Below are positions 22,533-32,848 of a stretch of 64,000 nucleotides of DNA, piece by piece. Where the stretch lies: assembly GCF_988242995.1 (NCBI RefSeq), contig NZ_OZ547043.1, one strand, 5' to 3'. How positions within the stretch are numbered: the stretch's first letter is position 1; each line of letters starts with the position of its first letter. Made by a program: the position numbers and the translations under genes. The notes beneath the pieces are model-generated. The model saw nothing but the letters and a program-made list of their open reading frames with translations. It was not told the DNA's origin and ran no database searches.

Positions 22533-24809
22533 ATGCTCAATCAAGAACTGGAACTCAGTTTAAATATGGCTTTCGCCAGAGCGCGCGAGCACCGTCATGA
22601 GTTTATGACCGTCGAGCACTTGTTACTGGCGCTGCTCAGTAACCCATCTGCCCGGGAGGCGCTGGAAGCGTGTTCTGTGGATTTGGTTGCGCTCCGTCAG
22701 GAACTGGAAGCCTTTATTGAACAAACCACACCCGTTCTGCCTGCCAGTGAAGAGGAGCGCGACACACAGCCGACGCTGAGTTTTCAGCGTGTACTGCAAC
22801 GTGCGGTCTTCCATGTCCAGTCCTCCGGTCGCAATGAGGTTACCGGTGCAAACGTTCTGGTCGCTATCTTTAGCGAACAGGAGTCGCAGGCGGCATATCT
22901 GTTGCGTAAACATGAAGTCAGCCGTCTCGATGTGGTGAACTTTATCTCTCATGGCACGCGTAAAGACGAGCCGACACAGTCTTCTGATCCTGGCAGCCAG
23001 CCAAACAGCGAAGAACAAGCTGGTGGGGAGGAACGTATGGAGAATTTCACGACGAACCTGAATCAGCTTGCGCGCGTGGGCGGAATCGACCCACTGATTG
23101 GTCGTGAGAAGGAGCTGGAGCGTGCTATTCAGGTTCTCTGCCGTCGCCGTAAAAACAACCCGCTGCTGGTGGGGGAATCTGGTGTCGGTAAAACCGCGAT
23201 TGCGGAAGGTCTTGCCTGGCGAATTGTTCAGGGTGATGTGCCGGAAGTGATGGCTGACTGTACGATTTACTCTCTCGATATCGGTTCTCTGTTAGCGGGC
23301 ACAAAATATCGCGGCGACTTTGAAAAACGTTTTAAAGCGTTGCTCAAGCAGCTGGAGCAGGACACTAACAGCATCCTGTTTATTGATGAGATCCACACCA
23401 TTATCGGTGCGGGTGCAGCGTCTGGTGGTCAGGTCGATGCGGCTAACCTGATCAAACCGTTGCTCTCCAGCGGTAAAATTCGCGTAATTGGTTCGACAAC
23501 CTATCAGGAGTTCAGCAACATTTTCGAGAAAGACCGTGCTTTGGCGCGTCGCTTCCAGAAAATTGATATTACTGAACCGTCGATCGAAGAAACTGTTCAA
23601 ATCATCAACGGCCTGAAACCGAAGTATGAAGCGCACCACGATGTGCGTTATACCGCAAAAGCGGTGCGTGCAGCGGTAGAGCTGGCGGTGAAATACATTA
23701 ACGATCGTCATCTGCCGGATAAAGCCATTGACGTCATCGACGAAGCGGGCGCTCGCGCACGCCTGATGCCGGTAAGCAAACGCAAGAAAACCGTTAATGT
23801 GGCGGATATTGAGTCCGTGGTGGCCCGTATTGCGCGCATTCCAGAGAAGAGTGTTTCTCAGAGTGACCGCGATACCCTGAAAAACCTCGGCGATCGCCTG
23901 AAAATGCTGGTCTTCGGTCAGGATAAAGCCATTGAGGCGCTGACTGAAGCCATTAAGATGGCGCGTGCAGGTTTAGGTCACGAACATAAACCGGTCGGTT
24001 CGTTCCTGTTTGCCGGCCCTACCGGGGTCGGGAAAACAGAGGTGACGGTACAGCTTTCGAAAGCTTTGGGCATTGAGCTTCTGCGCTTTGATATGTCCGA
24101 GTATATGGAACGCCATACCGTCAGCCGTCTGATTGGTGCGCCTCCGGGATACGTTGGTTTTGATCAGGGCGGTTTGCTGACTGATGCGGTCATCAAGCAT
24201 CCACATGCGGTGCTGCTGCTGGACGAAATCGAGAAAGCGCACCCGGACGTGTTCAATATTCTGTTGCAGGTGATGGACAACGGTACGCTGACCGATAACA
24301 ACGGACGCAAAGCGGACTTCCGTAACGTGGTATTGGTGATGACCACCAACGCTGGGGTACGAGAAACTGAGCGCAAATCCATTGGTCTTATCCACCAGGA
24401 CAACAGCACCGATGCGATGGAAGAGATCAAGAAGATCTTTACGCCGGAGTTTCGTAACCGTCTCGACAACATTATCTGGTTCGATCATCTCTCCACCGAC
24501 GTGATCCATCAGGTAGTGGATAAATTCATCGTCGAGTTGCAGGTTCAGTTGGATCAGAAAGGTGTTTCTCTGGAAGTGAGCCAGGAAGCGCGTAACTGGC
24601 TGGCCGAGAAAGGTTACGACCGGGCAATGGGCGCACGTCCGATGGCGCGTGTCATCCAGGACAACCTGAAAAAACCGCTCGCCAACGAACTGTTGTTTGG
24701 TTCGCTGGTGGACGGCGGTCAGGTGACGGTTGCGCTGGATAAAGAGAAAAATGAGCTGACTTATGGATTCCAGAGTGCACAAAAGCACAAGGCGGAAGCA
24801 GCGCATTAA
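22533..24809 (+). CDS. clpA: ATP-dependent Clp protease ATP-binding subunit ClpA
   Basis: ORF 22518..24809 trimmed to [19 protein letters not shown]...; two AAA+ modules ([16 protein letters not shown]); 758 aa. Confidence 0.95.
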   Translation: MLNQELELSLNMAFARAREHRHEFMTVEHLLLALLSNPSAREALEACSVDLVALRQELEAFIEQTTPVLPASEEERDTQPTLSFQRVLQRAVFHVQSSGRNEVTGANVLVAIFSEQESQAAYLLRKHEVSRLDVVNFISHGTRKDEPTQSSDPGSQPNSEEQAGGEERMENFTTNLNQLARVGGIDPLIGREKELERAIQVLCRRRKNNPLLVGESGVGKTAIAEGLAWRIVQGDVPEVMADCTIYSLDIGSLLAGTKYRGDFEKRFKALLKQLEQDTNSILFIDEIHTIIGAGAASGGQVDAANLIKPLLSSGKIRVIGSTTYQEFSNIFEKDRALARRFQKIDITEPSIEETVQIINGLKPKYEAHHDVRYTAKAVRAAVELAVKYINDRHLPDKAIDVIDEAGARARLMPVSKRKKTVNVADIESVVARIARIPEKSVSQSDRDTLKNLGDRLKMLVFGQDKAIEALTEAIKMARAGLGHEHKPVGSFLFAGPTGVGKTEVTVQLSKALGIELLRFDMSEYMERHTVSRLIGAPPGYVGFDQGGLLTDAVIKHPHAVLLLDEIEKAHPDVFNILLQVMDNGTLTDNNGRKADFRNVVLVMTTNAGVRETERKSIGLIHQDNSTDAMEEIKKIFTPEFRNRLDNIIWFDHLSTDVIHQVVDKFIVELQVQLDQKGVSLEVSQEARNWLAEKGYDRAMGARPMARVIQDNLKKPLANELLFGSLVDGGQVTVALDKEKNELTYGFQSAQKHKAEAAH

Positions 24810-24834
24810 TCTGATTGTCAGGTAGGTTGGTGAA

Positions 24835-24868
24835 GTCCGTAATCTCGAAAGAGGTTACGGACTTTTTG
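24835..24868 (+). terminator. Intrinsic terminator of clpA
   Basis: Stem GTCCGTAA...TTACGGAC followed by TTTTTG. Confidence 0.7.
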
Positions 24869-25021
24869 TTTGTAGGCTGGGGCGGTGAAAACCCTATTTT
24901 TGGAGGTGAAGGTAAGTTGTTGATAATTAATGGTGCTGGAAGGTAAGAATAAAAAAGGGTGGCAGCAGGAAAATGAGATGGTTTTGCTTTATTAATAACG
25001 GACTAAACGTGTAGTATTTGA

Positions 25022-25109
25022 GTTCACTGCCGTACAGGCAGCTTAGAAAGCCAACCGAAAGAAAAACTCGATTTTTATACCGTTCACTGCCGTACAGGCA
25101 GATAAAATG
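25022..25109 (+). CRISPR. Orphan type I-F CRISPR remnant: two 28-bp repeats and one 32-bp spacer, no adjacent cas genes
   Basis: Repeat 1 GTTCACTGCCGTACAGGCAGCTTAGAAA (25022-25049); spacer GCCAACCGAAAGAAAAACTCGATTTTTATACC (25050-25081); repeat 2 GTTCACTGCCGTACAGGCAGATAAAATG (25082-25109), degenerate in its last 8 nt. The repeat matches the E. coli I-F (CRISPR3/4) consensus as I remember it. Confidence 0.85.
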
Positions 25110-25508
25110 CGAAAAAAAACTCGTACTTTCGTACGAGCTTTTCTTTAAATATGGCGGTGAGGGGGGATTGACTCGCTTCGCTCGCCCTGCGGGCAGCCCA
25201 CTCACTGCGTTCGTGGTCTGTCCAACTGGCTGCGCCAGTTGTCGAACCCCGGTAGGGGCTTCTCATCCCCCTTGGAGTGCAATATGCGAAAAAAAAGCTC
25301 GCACTTTCGTACGAGCTCTTCTTTGAATATGGCGGTGAGGGGGGGATTGACTCGCTTCGCTCGCCCTGCGGGCAGCCCACTCACTGTGTTCGTGGTCTGT
25401 CCAACTGGCTGCGCCAGTTGTCGAACCCCGGTCGGGGCTTCTCATCCCCCTTGGAGTGCAATATGCGAAAAAAAAGCTCGCACTTTCGTACGAGCTCTTC
25501 TTTGAATA
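25107..25508. repeat. Tandem direct repeats (units of 177 and 179 bp plus a partial third) each ending in a copy of the 3' terminal ~19 nt of tRNA-Ser and its downstream terminator flank
   Basis: Unit boundaries at ATGCG motifs 25107, 25284, 25463; each unit contains ATGCGAAAAAAAA-hairpin-TTCTTTGAATATGGCGGTGAGGGGGGGATT followed by a ~110-bp segment GACTCGCTTCGCTCGCCCTGCGGGCAGCC...GGAGTGCAAT; units differ at a few positions. Confidence 0.85.
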
Positions 25509-25596
25509 TGGCGGTGAGGGGGGGATTCGAACCCCCGATACGTTGCCGTATACACACTTTCCAGGCGTGCTCCTTCAGCCACTCGGACACCTCACC
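25509..25596 (-). tRNA. serW: tRNA-Ser (serW-like)
   Basis: Minus-strand sequence GGTGAGGTGTCCGAGTGGCTGAAGGAGCACGCCTGGAAAGTGTGTATACGGCAACGTATCGGGGGTTCGAATCCCCCCCTCACCGCCA: 88 nt, long variable arm, T-arm GGTTCGAATCC, encoded CCA. Confidence 0.9.
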
Positions 25597-25780
25597 AAAT
25601 TGTTTTGCTACCAAACCTCATGGGTGGCAACGGGGCGCTACTATAGGGAGTTGGAGTAAAACGGTCAAGAAGAATTTTAATGATAATTATTGTTTGCTCA
25701 TACTGTAAACAAGTTGTGCAGTATATCTACATCGAGACAAGTTATGGACTTATACTTCCAAAGTACTTCATACATATCAC

Positions 25781-25810
25781 AAAATAAAAAGGCCGGTTAA
25801 ACCGACCTTT
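25781..25810 (-). terminator. Probable intrinsic terminator downstream of infA
   Basis: Imperfect hairpin GGTCGGTT-TAA-ACCGGCC followed by U-rich tract on the minus strand. Confidence 0.5.
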
Positions 25811-25849
25811 TACTCGTTCTTTCTCTTCGCCCATCAGGCGGTAAAACAA

Positions 25850-26071
<222 letters not shown>

Positions 26072-26352
26072 ATCCTCTGGGGTATCACTACCGTAATTTG
26101 AACCGGCAAGATAATGCCGAAGTTCTGTAAATAAGTAAAGATTTGCGCGCTAAATCGCAACAAACAGGTTCGGCACATTACTCCGAAAACACACGGCTAA
26201 GCCGCACCAAAAGCGCAACGTATAAGGGAGCGGTGAGATAAACGATGGGCGTTACCTGACGCGAAAAATTCCTTATCGGCAGCGGGGTAATGAGCGTAAC
26301 CAACTCTGCGACCGCAATTATAACACTCTGGGGAGAAATGTGCCGAAAACAT

Positions 26353-27057
26353 TCATTCTTGTGGTGAAAACAAGCACCGTGGTACCCAGAAATTATTCGG
26401 CAATCGTCCGAGGCGCATTTGATTGAGATAATTAAGGTAATCCCGGCGGGGAATTTCGCAGGCACCAAGCGACGCTGTGTGATCGTTAAGGACCTGGCAG
26501 TCGATAAGCTTACCGCCATGACCAATAAATTCCTCACAGAATACCAGAAGCGCCGTTTTAGACGCATTTTCCATCCGGCTGAACATGGACTCGCCACAAA
26601 ATAGCGTTCCCTGGGCCACGCCGTACATACCGCCGACAAGCTCATCTTCACGCCAGACTTCAATAGAGTGGGCATGACCGAGTTCGTGAAGGCGATGGTA
26701 GGCTTCGACCACGCCACGCGTGATCCAGGTTCCTTCTTCGCGATCGCTGGCACAGCCTTCAATGACCTGACCAAAAGCGTAATTCATCGTGACTCGATAG
26801 GGTGAGCGTTTATGAAATCGCTTCATACTACGGCTGATATGCAGTGATTCAGGCCAAAGCACCGCGCGAGGATCGGGCGACCACCAGAGGATGGGGTCAC
26901 CTGGAGAAAACCACGGAAAAATACCACGCTGGTAAGCCATTAACAGGCGCGCAGGGCTAAGATCGCCCCCCAGTGCCAGCAGGCCGTTAGGCTCACGTAA
27001 TGCGCCTTCCGGGGAAGGGAAGGCTATTGAATGGCGAGAAAGCTGAACCAGGCGCAT
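26353..27057 (-). CDS. aat: Leucyl/phenylalanyl-tRNA--protein transferase
   Basis: 234-aa [36 protein letters not shown]... Confidence 0.9.
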
Positions 27058-27098
27058 GACCGCAAAACTCCACGCAAGTCGGATCGTTCAATAATAGC

Positions 27099-28820
27099 TT
27101 ACAAACCCTGCTTGAACTGGTAATAACGCCCCTGTCTGGCAAGCAGTTCTGCGTGAGTACCTTGCTCAATAATTTGCCCGTTGTCCATCACTATTATTTG
27201 TTGGAAACGAGAGAGTCCGCGAAGTCGATGGGTGACCATTAACACCGTTTTCTCATGCATCATTTCTGCAAGCAATTCAAGGATCTGACTTTCGGTTGTG
27301 GCATCTAAGCCTTCTGTAGGTTCATCCAGCAATACCAGAGGCGCATCATGTAACAGCGCACGGGCGATAGCCAGACGGCGCAGTTCACCACCGGAGAGCT
27401 GGCGTCCGCCTTCACCCAACCAACTGTTGAGACCTGCATCCTCGAGCAGCTTCTCCAGACCAACGCGACGCAAGATCTCCGCCAGAGCCTCATCACTACT
27501 GCCAGGTGAGGCGAGTAACAGATTATCACGCAGCGTGGCGCTAAACAGATGCACTCGCTGAGGAACAACGCTGATGGTCTGTCGTAGAGCCGCTTCATTC
27601 AGGCTGGCTATGGGGCTATCGTTAAGCAAAATCTCGCCCTGTTGCGGGTCCCATGCGCGGGTCAGCAGTTGTAACAGCGTTGATTTGCCGCATCCGGTTC
27701 GCCCGAGAATAGCTATATGTTCTCCGGCGTTTACCTGAAGAGAAATCCCTTTAAGTGCCTGTTGGGATTGCTCCGGATAAGTGAACTGAACATCCCGTAA
27801 CGTCAGCGAAACGCGATCGACAACACGAGTTTGGGTATCAGGGAATGTGACCTCCGGTTTTTGATCCGTTAAGTCAGTGATCCGTACGGCAGAGGCAATG
27901 ACTTGCCCCAGATGCTGAAATGCACCCGTTACTGGTGCCAGTGCTTCAAACGCGGCTAACGCGCAGAAGACAAACAGGGCAATTAACGCGCCGGGTTGAG
28001 CATTGCCGCCAACGCCGCCAGACGCCATCCACAGCATCAGGATCACCGCTAACGCGCCAATGAGCAGCATTATCGCTTGCGACAATGCGGTGAGTTCAGA
28101 TTGACGACGTTGCGCTTCCAGCCACTGAATTTCGGTATTCTCTAACTGCGTGCGATAACGATCGCTGGCACCAAAAATGGTCAGCTCAGCTTGCCCTTGC
28201 AGCCAGGCCGTCAGTTGTTGGCGATACTGCCCGCGAAGATGAGTCAGATTTTGCCCGGTGCTTTTTCCCGCACGATAAAACAGCGGTGGCATCAGGAACA
28301 GCGTCAGTAACATAATGCCGCCCAGCGTAAAGGCGAGGGTGAAATCAAGGAAACTTAACCCGATTGTCACCACCATAATCACCACAAAAGCGCCCACCAG
28401 CGGCGAGATAACGCGCAGGTAAAGATGATCGAGCGTATCAACATCCGCCACCACGCGGTTGAGCAATTCGCCCTGACGATAGCGCGCCAGTCCGGCAGGG
28501 GATAGGGGCAGCAATTTGCTGAAGGTGTAAATGCGCAGATGCTGCAACACGCGGAAAGTCGCGTCGTGACTTACCAGACGTTCAAAATAGCGCCCGGCGG
28601 TACGGGTGATTGCTGCGCCACGCACGCCCGCAGCGGGTAGCATATAGTTGAAGCTATACAGTCCGGCAACCCCCGCTACCGCTGAGGCGGAGAGGAACCA
28701 GCCGGAAAGTGTCAACAGACCGATACTGGCGAGCAGCGTGACAATTGCCAGCGCAATACCAAGACTTAACATCCATTTATGACGTTTATACAGTGCCAGA
28801 TAGGGTAGCAAAGCGCGCAT
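27099..28820 (-). CDS. cydC: ABC exporter CydC (cysteine/glutathione export, cytochrome bd assembly)
   Basis: 573-aa ORF with N-terminal transmembrane domain and C-terminal ABC ATPase (GRTGCGKST, LSGGELRR). Confidence 0.9.
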   Translation of the reverse strand: MRALLPYLALYKRHKWMLSLGIALAIVTLLASIGLLTLSGWFLSASAVAGVAGLYSFNYMLPAAGVRGAAITRTAGRYFERLVSHDATFRVLQHLRIYTFSKLLPLSPAGLARYRQGELLNRVVADVDTLDHLYLRVISPLVGAFVVIMVVTIGLSFLDFTLAFTLGGIMLLTLFLMPPLFYRAGKSTGQNLTHLRGQYRQQLTAWLQGQAELTIFGASDRYRTQLENTEIQWLEAQRRQSELTALSQAIMLLIGALAVILMLWMASGGVGGNAQPGALIALFVFCALAAFEALAPVTGAFQHLGQVIASAVRITDLTDQKPEVTFPDTQTRVVDRVSLTLRDVQFTYPEQSQQALKGISLQVNAGEHIAILGRTGCGKSTLLQLLTRAWDPQQGEILLNDSPIASLNEAALRQTISVVPQRVHLFSATLRDNLLLASPGSSDEALAEILRRVGLEKLLEDAGLNSWLGEGGRQLSGGELRRLAIARALLHDAPLVLLDEPTEGLDATTESQILELLAEMMHEKTVLMVTHRLRGLSRFQQIIVMDNGQIIEQGTHAELLARQGRYYQFKQGL

Positions 28821-30587
28821 TTAAATCTCCTCCTGACGATGGGCCAGCAATGTGGAGAAAGGACCACCAGCCACGCTTAATTCCGCGTAACGTCCTTGCT
28901 CAATAATCTGACCATCCTGCATTACCCAAATGACATCCCAGTCAGCAAGATCTTCTAACTGGTGGGTGACCATTAACGTTGTCTGGCGCAGAGAGGCGGC
29001 ATTAAGCGCCTCCATTACGCGCTGTTCACTGTGAGCATCAAGGCTGGCAGCGGGTTCATCCAACAGTAATAGCGAACAGGGATTTAGTAATGCTCGGGCC
29101 ACCGCCACGCGCTGTGCCTGCCCCACGGAAAGGCGGGCAGCCTGGTCGCCAACAGGCGTATCAACGCCTTGTGGCAGGAGCGGTAGAAACTCACTGACCC
29201 AGGCGTTATCCAGCGCTGTTTGTAACTCGTGTTCGCTGGCATCAGGTCGTGCCAGTAGTACGTTATCCCGTAGTGTTGCTGCCGGTAATTGTGGGTTTTG
29301 CCCAACCCAGGAGAGATGTTTACGCCATGATTCCGGTGATAAATCGCGTAATTCTATCCCGTTGATTCGTAGCGATCCCTGATATGAGAGAAAACCAGAA
29401 AGCGCGTTCAGCAGTGAGCTTTTACCTGAACCGCTGCGACCAACCAACACTGCACGTTGGCCTGCTGGCAAAGTAAAGTTCAGCGGTCCAGCCAGCGTTT
29501 TACCTTCTGGTGATGTAATAAACAGATCCTCGGCTTCAATGGTCACCGGATCGGTTGATGCTAATTCCGCCTCACCACGTTGCGGATGGGCGAGCGGGGT
29601 TTCCATAAACGTTTTCAGACTGTCAGCTGCGCCAACAGCCTGGGCTTTAGCATGATAAAACGTACCGAGATCGCGTAATGGCTGGAAAAACTCCGGCGCA
29701 AGGATCAGGGCCAGAAAACCCGCAGCCAGCGTCACGCCAGTATCATAGTGACCAAAATCCAGCTCGCCAAGATAGGAAAAACCAAAGTAGACCGCCACCA
29801 GAGCAATTGACAGCGAGGTAAAAAATTCGAGAATGCCGGAGGATAAAAACGCCAGCCGTAGCACTTCCATTGTCCGTTGGCGGAAATCTTCCGAAGCAGA
29901 ACGAATACTTTCAATTTCAGCTTCACCACGACCAAAAATACGCAATGTTTCCATGCCGCGCAGGCGATCGAGAAAATGCCCACTTAAGCGAGCAAGAGCG
30001 AGAAAGTTACGTCGGTTAGCATCGGCAGCCCCCATTCCAACCAGCGCCATAAACAACGGAATTAACGGAGCAGTGCCCAGCAGAATGAGCGCCGCAGCCC
30101 AGTTAGAGGGGAAGATAGCCACCACAATCAGCAACGGCACCGACACTGCCAGCGCCATTTGCGGCAGGTAGCGTGCATAGTAATCATGCATATCGTCAAT
30201 TTGCTCGAGTACCAGCGTCGCCCAGCTCCCCGCCGGTTTACCCTGAATCCACGCTGGCCCTGCTTGTTGCAGACGGTCGAGAACCTGACGGCGGATGGCA
30301 AAGCGGATATGCTGCCCGGCGTGATAACCCACCCGTTCGCGTAACCAGACCACCCATGCGCGCAGTACAAAGGTCAGAACCAGTAACGTAAAGGGAAGCA
30401 GCAGGGCTTCACGGGGAATATTCTCCATAATCATATGTTGCAGAATTCGCGCCATGAACCAGGCCTGGGCAATGATCAATATGCCGCTCACAAAGCCCAG
30501 CAGACGAGAAATATTCAGCCAACGTTGGGAGATGACGCTTTGCTGTTTTAACCAGCGGGTTAACTCTTTTTGACGGGATTTATTCAT
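28821..30587 (-). CDS. cydD: ABC exporter CydD
   Basis: 588-aa ORF directly upstream of and abutting cydC; ABC motifs GRSGSGKSS, LSVGQAQR. Confidence 0.9.
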   Translation of the reverse strand: MNKSRQKELTRWLKQQSVISQRWLNISRLLGFVSGILIIAQAWFMARILQHMIMENIPREALLLPFTLLVLTFVLRAWVVWLRERVGYHAGQHIRFAIRRQVLDRLQQAGPAWIQGKPAGSWATLVLEQIDDMHDYYARYLPQMALAVSVPLLIVVAIFPSNWAAALILLGTAPLIPLFMALVGMGAADANRRNFLALARLSGHFLDRLRGMETLRIFGRGEAEIESIRSASEDFRQRTMEVLRLAFLSSGILEFFTSLSIALVAVYFGFSYLGELDFGHYDTGVTLAAGFLALILAPEFFQPLRDLGTFYHAKAQAVGAADSLKTFMETPLAHPQRGEAELASTDPVTIEAEDLFITSPEGKTLAGPLNFTLPAGQRAVLVGRSGSGKSSLLNALSGFLSYQGSLRINGIELRDLSPESWRKHLSWVGQNPQLPAATLRDNVLLARPDASEHELQTALDNAWVSEFLPLLPQGVDTPVGDQAARLSVGQAQRVAVARALLNPCSLLLLDEPAASLDAHSEQRVMEALNAASLRQTTLMVTHQLEDLADWDVIWVMQDGQIIEQGRYAELSVAGGPFSTLLAHRQEEI

Positions 30588-30709
30588 TGCACGCTTAGCA
30601 GGTGAGTTATCAGAATTATTTGCAGAGCAATGTTACAACGAGGAAAAAATAAAGGCGACCCATAGTCGCATGGTGTCGCCTTCTTTACTTTTGTTACTGA
30701 TTTGTAAAA

Positions 30710-31792
<1,083 letters not shown>

Positions 31793-32219
31793 TCAAATTC
31801 TCCCGTCATTATCACCTCTGCTACTTAAATTTCCCGCTTTATAAGCCGATTAAATGATGAATAAACGCCCCTGTTAATGAATATCTGGCATGTTGTACTA
31901 AAAATCGATGTTTTGCTTTGACAATCCCCTGGTGTTTTGCGAAAACATTCGAGGAAGAAAAAAAACAGTATTCTTATATGCGCATAACCATGCATGTAAA
32001 TACCATGTTTACCGTGCTAGTGAAATCTACGTATGGCGTGGACAGACGCCATTCGTGATGTCGATAGCTGCCACAAGGCAACGGTCTTCTCACCGTAGAC
32101 CCAGGCATTGCGCGCCGTGAATCTTCATGATTTCGGTCTATCGTGACGGGTAGCGACTCTGAACAGTGATGTTTCAGGGTCAGACAGGAGTAGGGAAGGA
32201 ATACAGAGAGACAATAATA

Positions 32220-32714
32220 ATGGTAGATAGCAAGAAGCGCCCTGGCAAAGATCTCGACCGTATCGATCGTAACATTCTTAATGAGTTGCAAAAGGATGGG
32301 CGTATTTCTAACGTCGAGCTTTCTAAACGTGTGGGACTTTCCCCAACGCCGTGCCTTGAGCGTGTGCGTCGGCTGGAAAGACAAGGGTTTATTCAGGGCT
32401 ATACGGCGCTGCTGAACCCCCATTATCTGGATGCATCACTTCTGGTATTCGTTGAGATTACTCTGAATCGTGGCGCACCGGATGTGTTTGAACAATTCAA
32501 TACCGCTGTACAAAAACTTGAAGAAATTCAGGAGTGTCATTTAGTATCCGGTGATTTCGACTACCTGTTGAAAACACGCGTGCCGGATATGTCAGCTTAC
32601 CGTAAGTTGCTGGGGGAAACCCTGCTGCGTCTGCCTGGCGTCAATGACACACGGACATACGTTGTTATGGAAGAAGTCAAGCAGAGTAATCGTCTGGTTA
32701 TTAAGACGCGCTAA
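32220..32714 (+). CDS. lrp: Leucine-responsive regulatory protein Lrp
   Basis: ORF 32166..32714 trimmed to MVDSKKRPGKDLDRIDRNILNELQKDGRISNVELSKRVGLSPTPC...; 164 aa. Confidence 0.95.
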   Translation: MVDSKKRPGKDLDRIDRNILNELQKDGRISNVELSKRVGLSPTPCLERVRRLERQGFIQGYTALLNPHYLDASLLVFVEITLNRGAPDVFEQFNTAVQKLEEIQECHLVSGDFDYLLKTRVPDMSAYRKLLGETLLRLPGVNDTRTYVVMEEVKQSNRLVIKTR

Positions 32715-32848
32715 CACGGAACAGGTGCAAAATCGGCGTATTTTGATTACACTCCTGTTAATCCATACAGCAACAGTACTGGGGTAACCTGGTACTGTTG
32801 TCCGTTTTAGCATCGGGCAGGAAAAGCCTGTAACCTGGAGAGCCTTTC

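Noticed and set aside
24810-25600. Possibility of an intact type I-F CRISPR-Cas system at clpA-infA
   Set aside because: No cas-sized ORFs are present; only ~700 bp separate clpA from serW, holding two repeats, one spacer and the tandem att-like units.
25018-25708. Several overlapping 60-143-aa ORFs on both strands (e.g. 25018..25326, 25239..25505, 25277..25708, 25381..25614)
   Set aside because: They span the CRISPR remnant, the tandem att-like repeats and the tRNA-Ser gene; the repeated peptide sequences are artefacts of translating repeated DNA.
26178-26774. 198-aa minus-strand ORF overlapping the infA-aat intergenic region and aat
   Set aside because: Out of frame with aat and overlapping it; the aat frame gives the recognisable L/F-transferase sequence.
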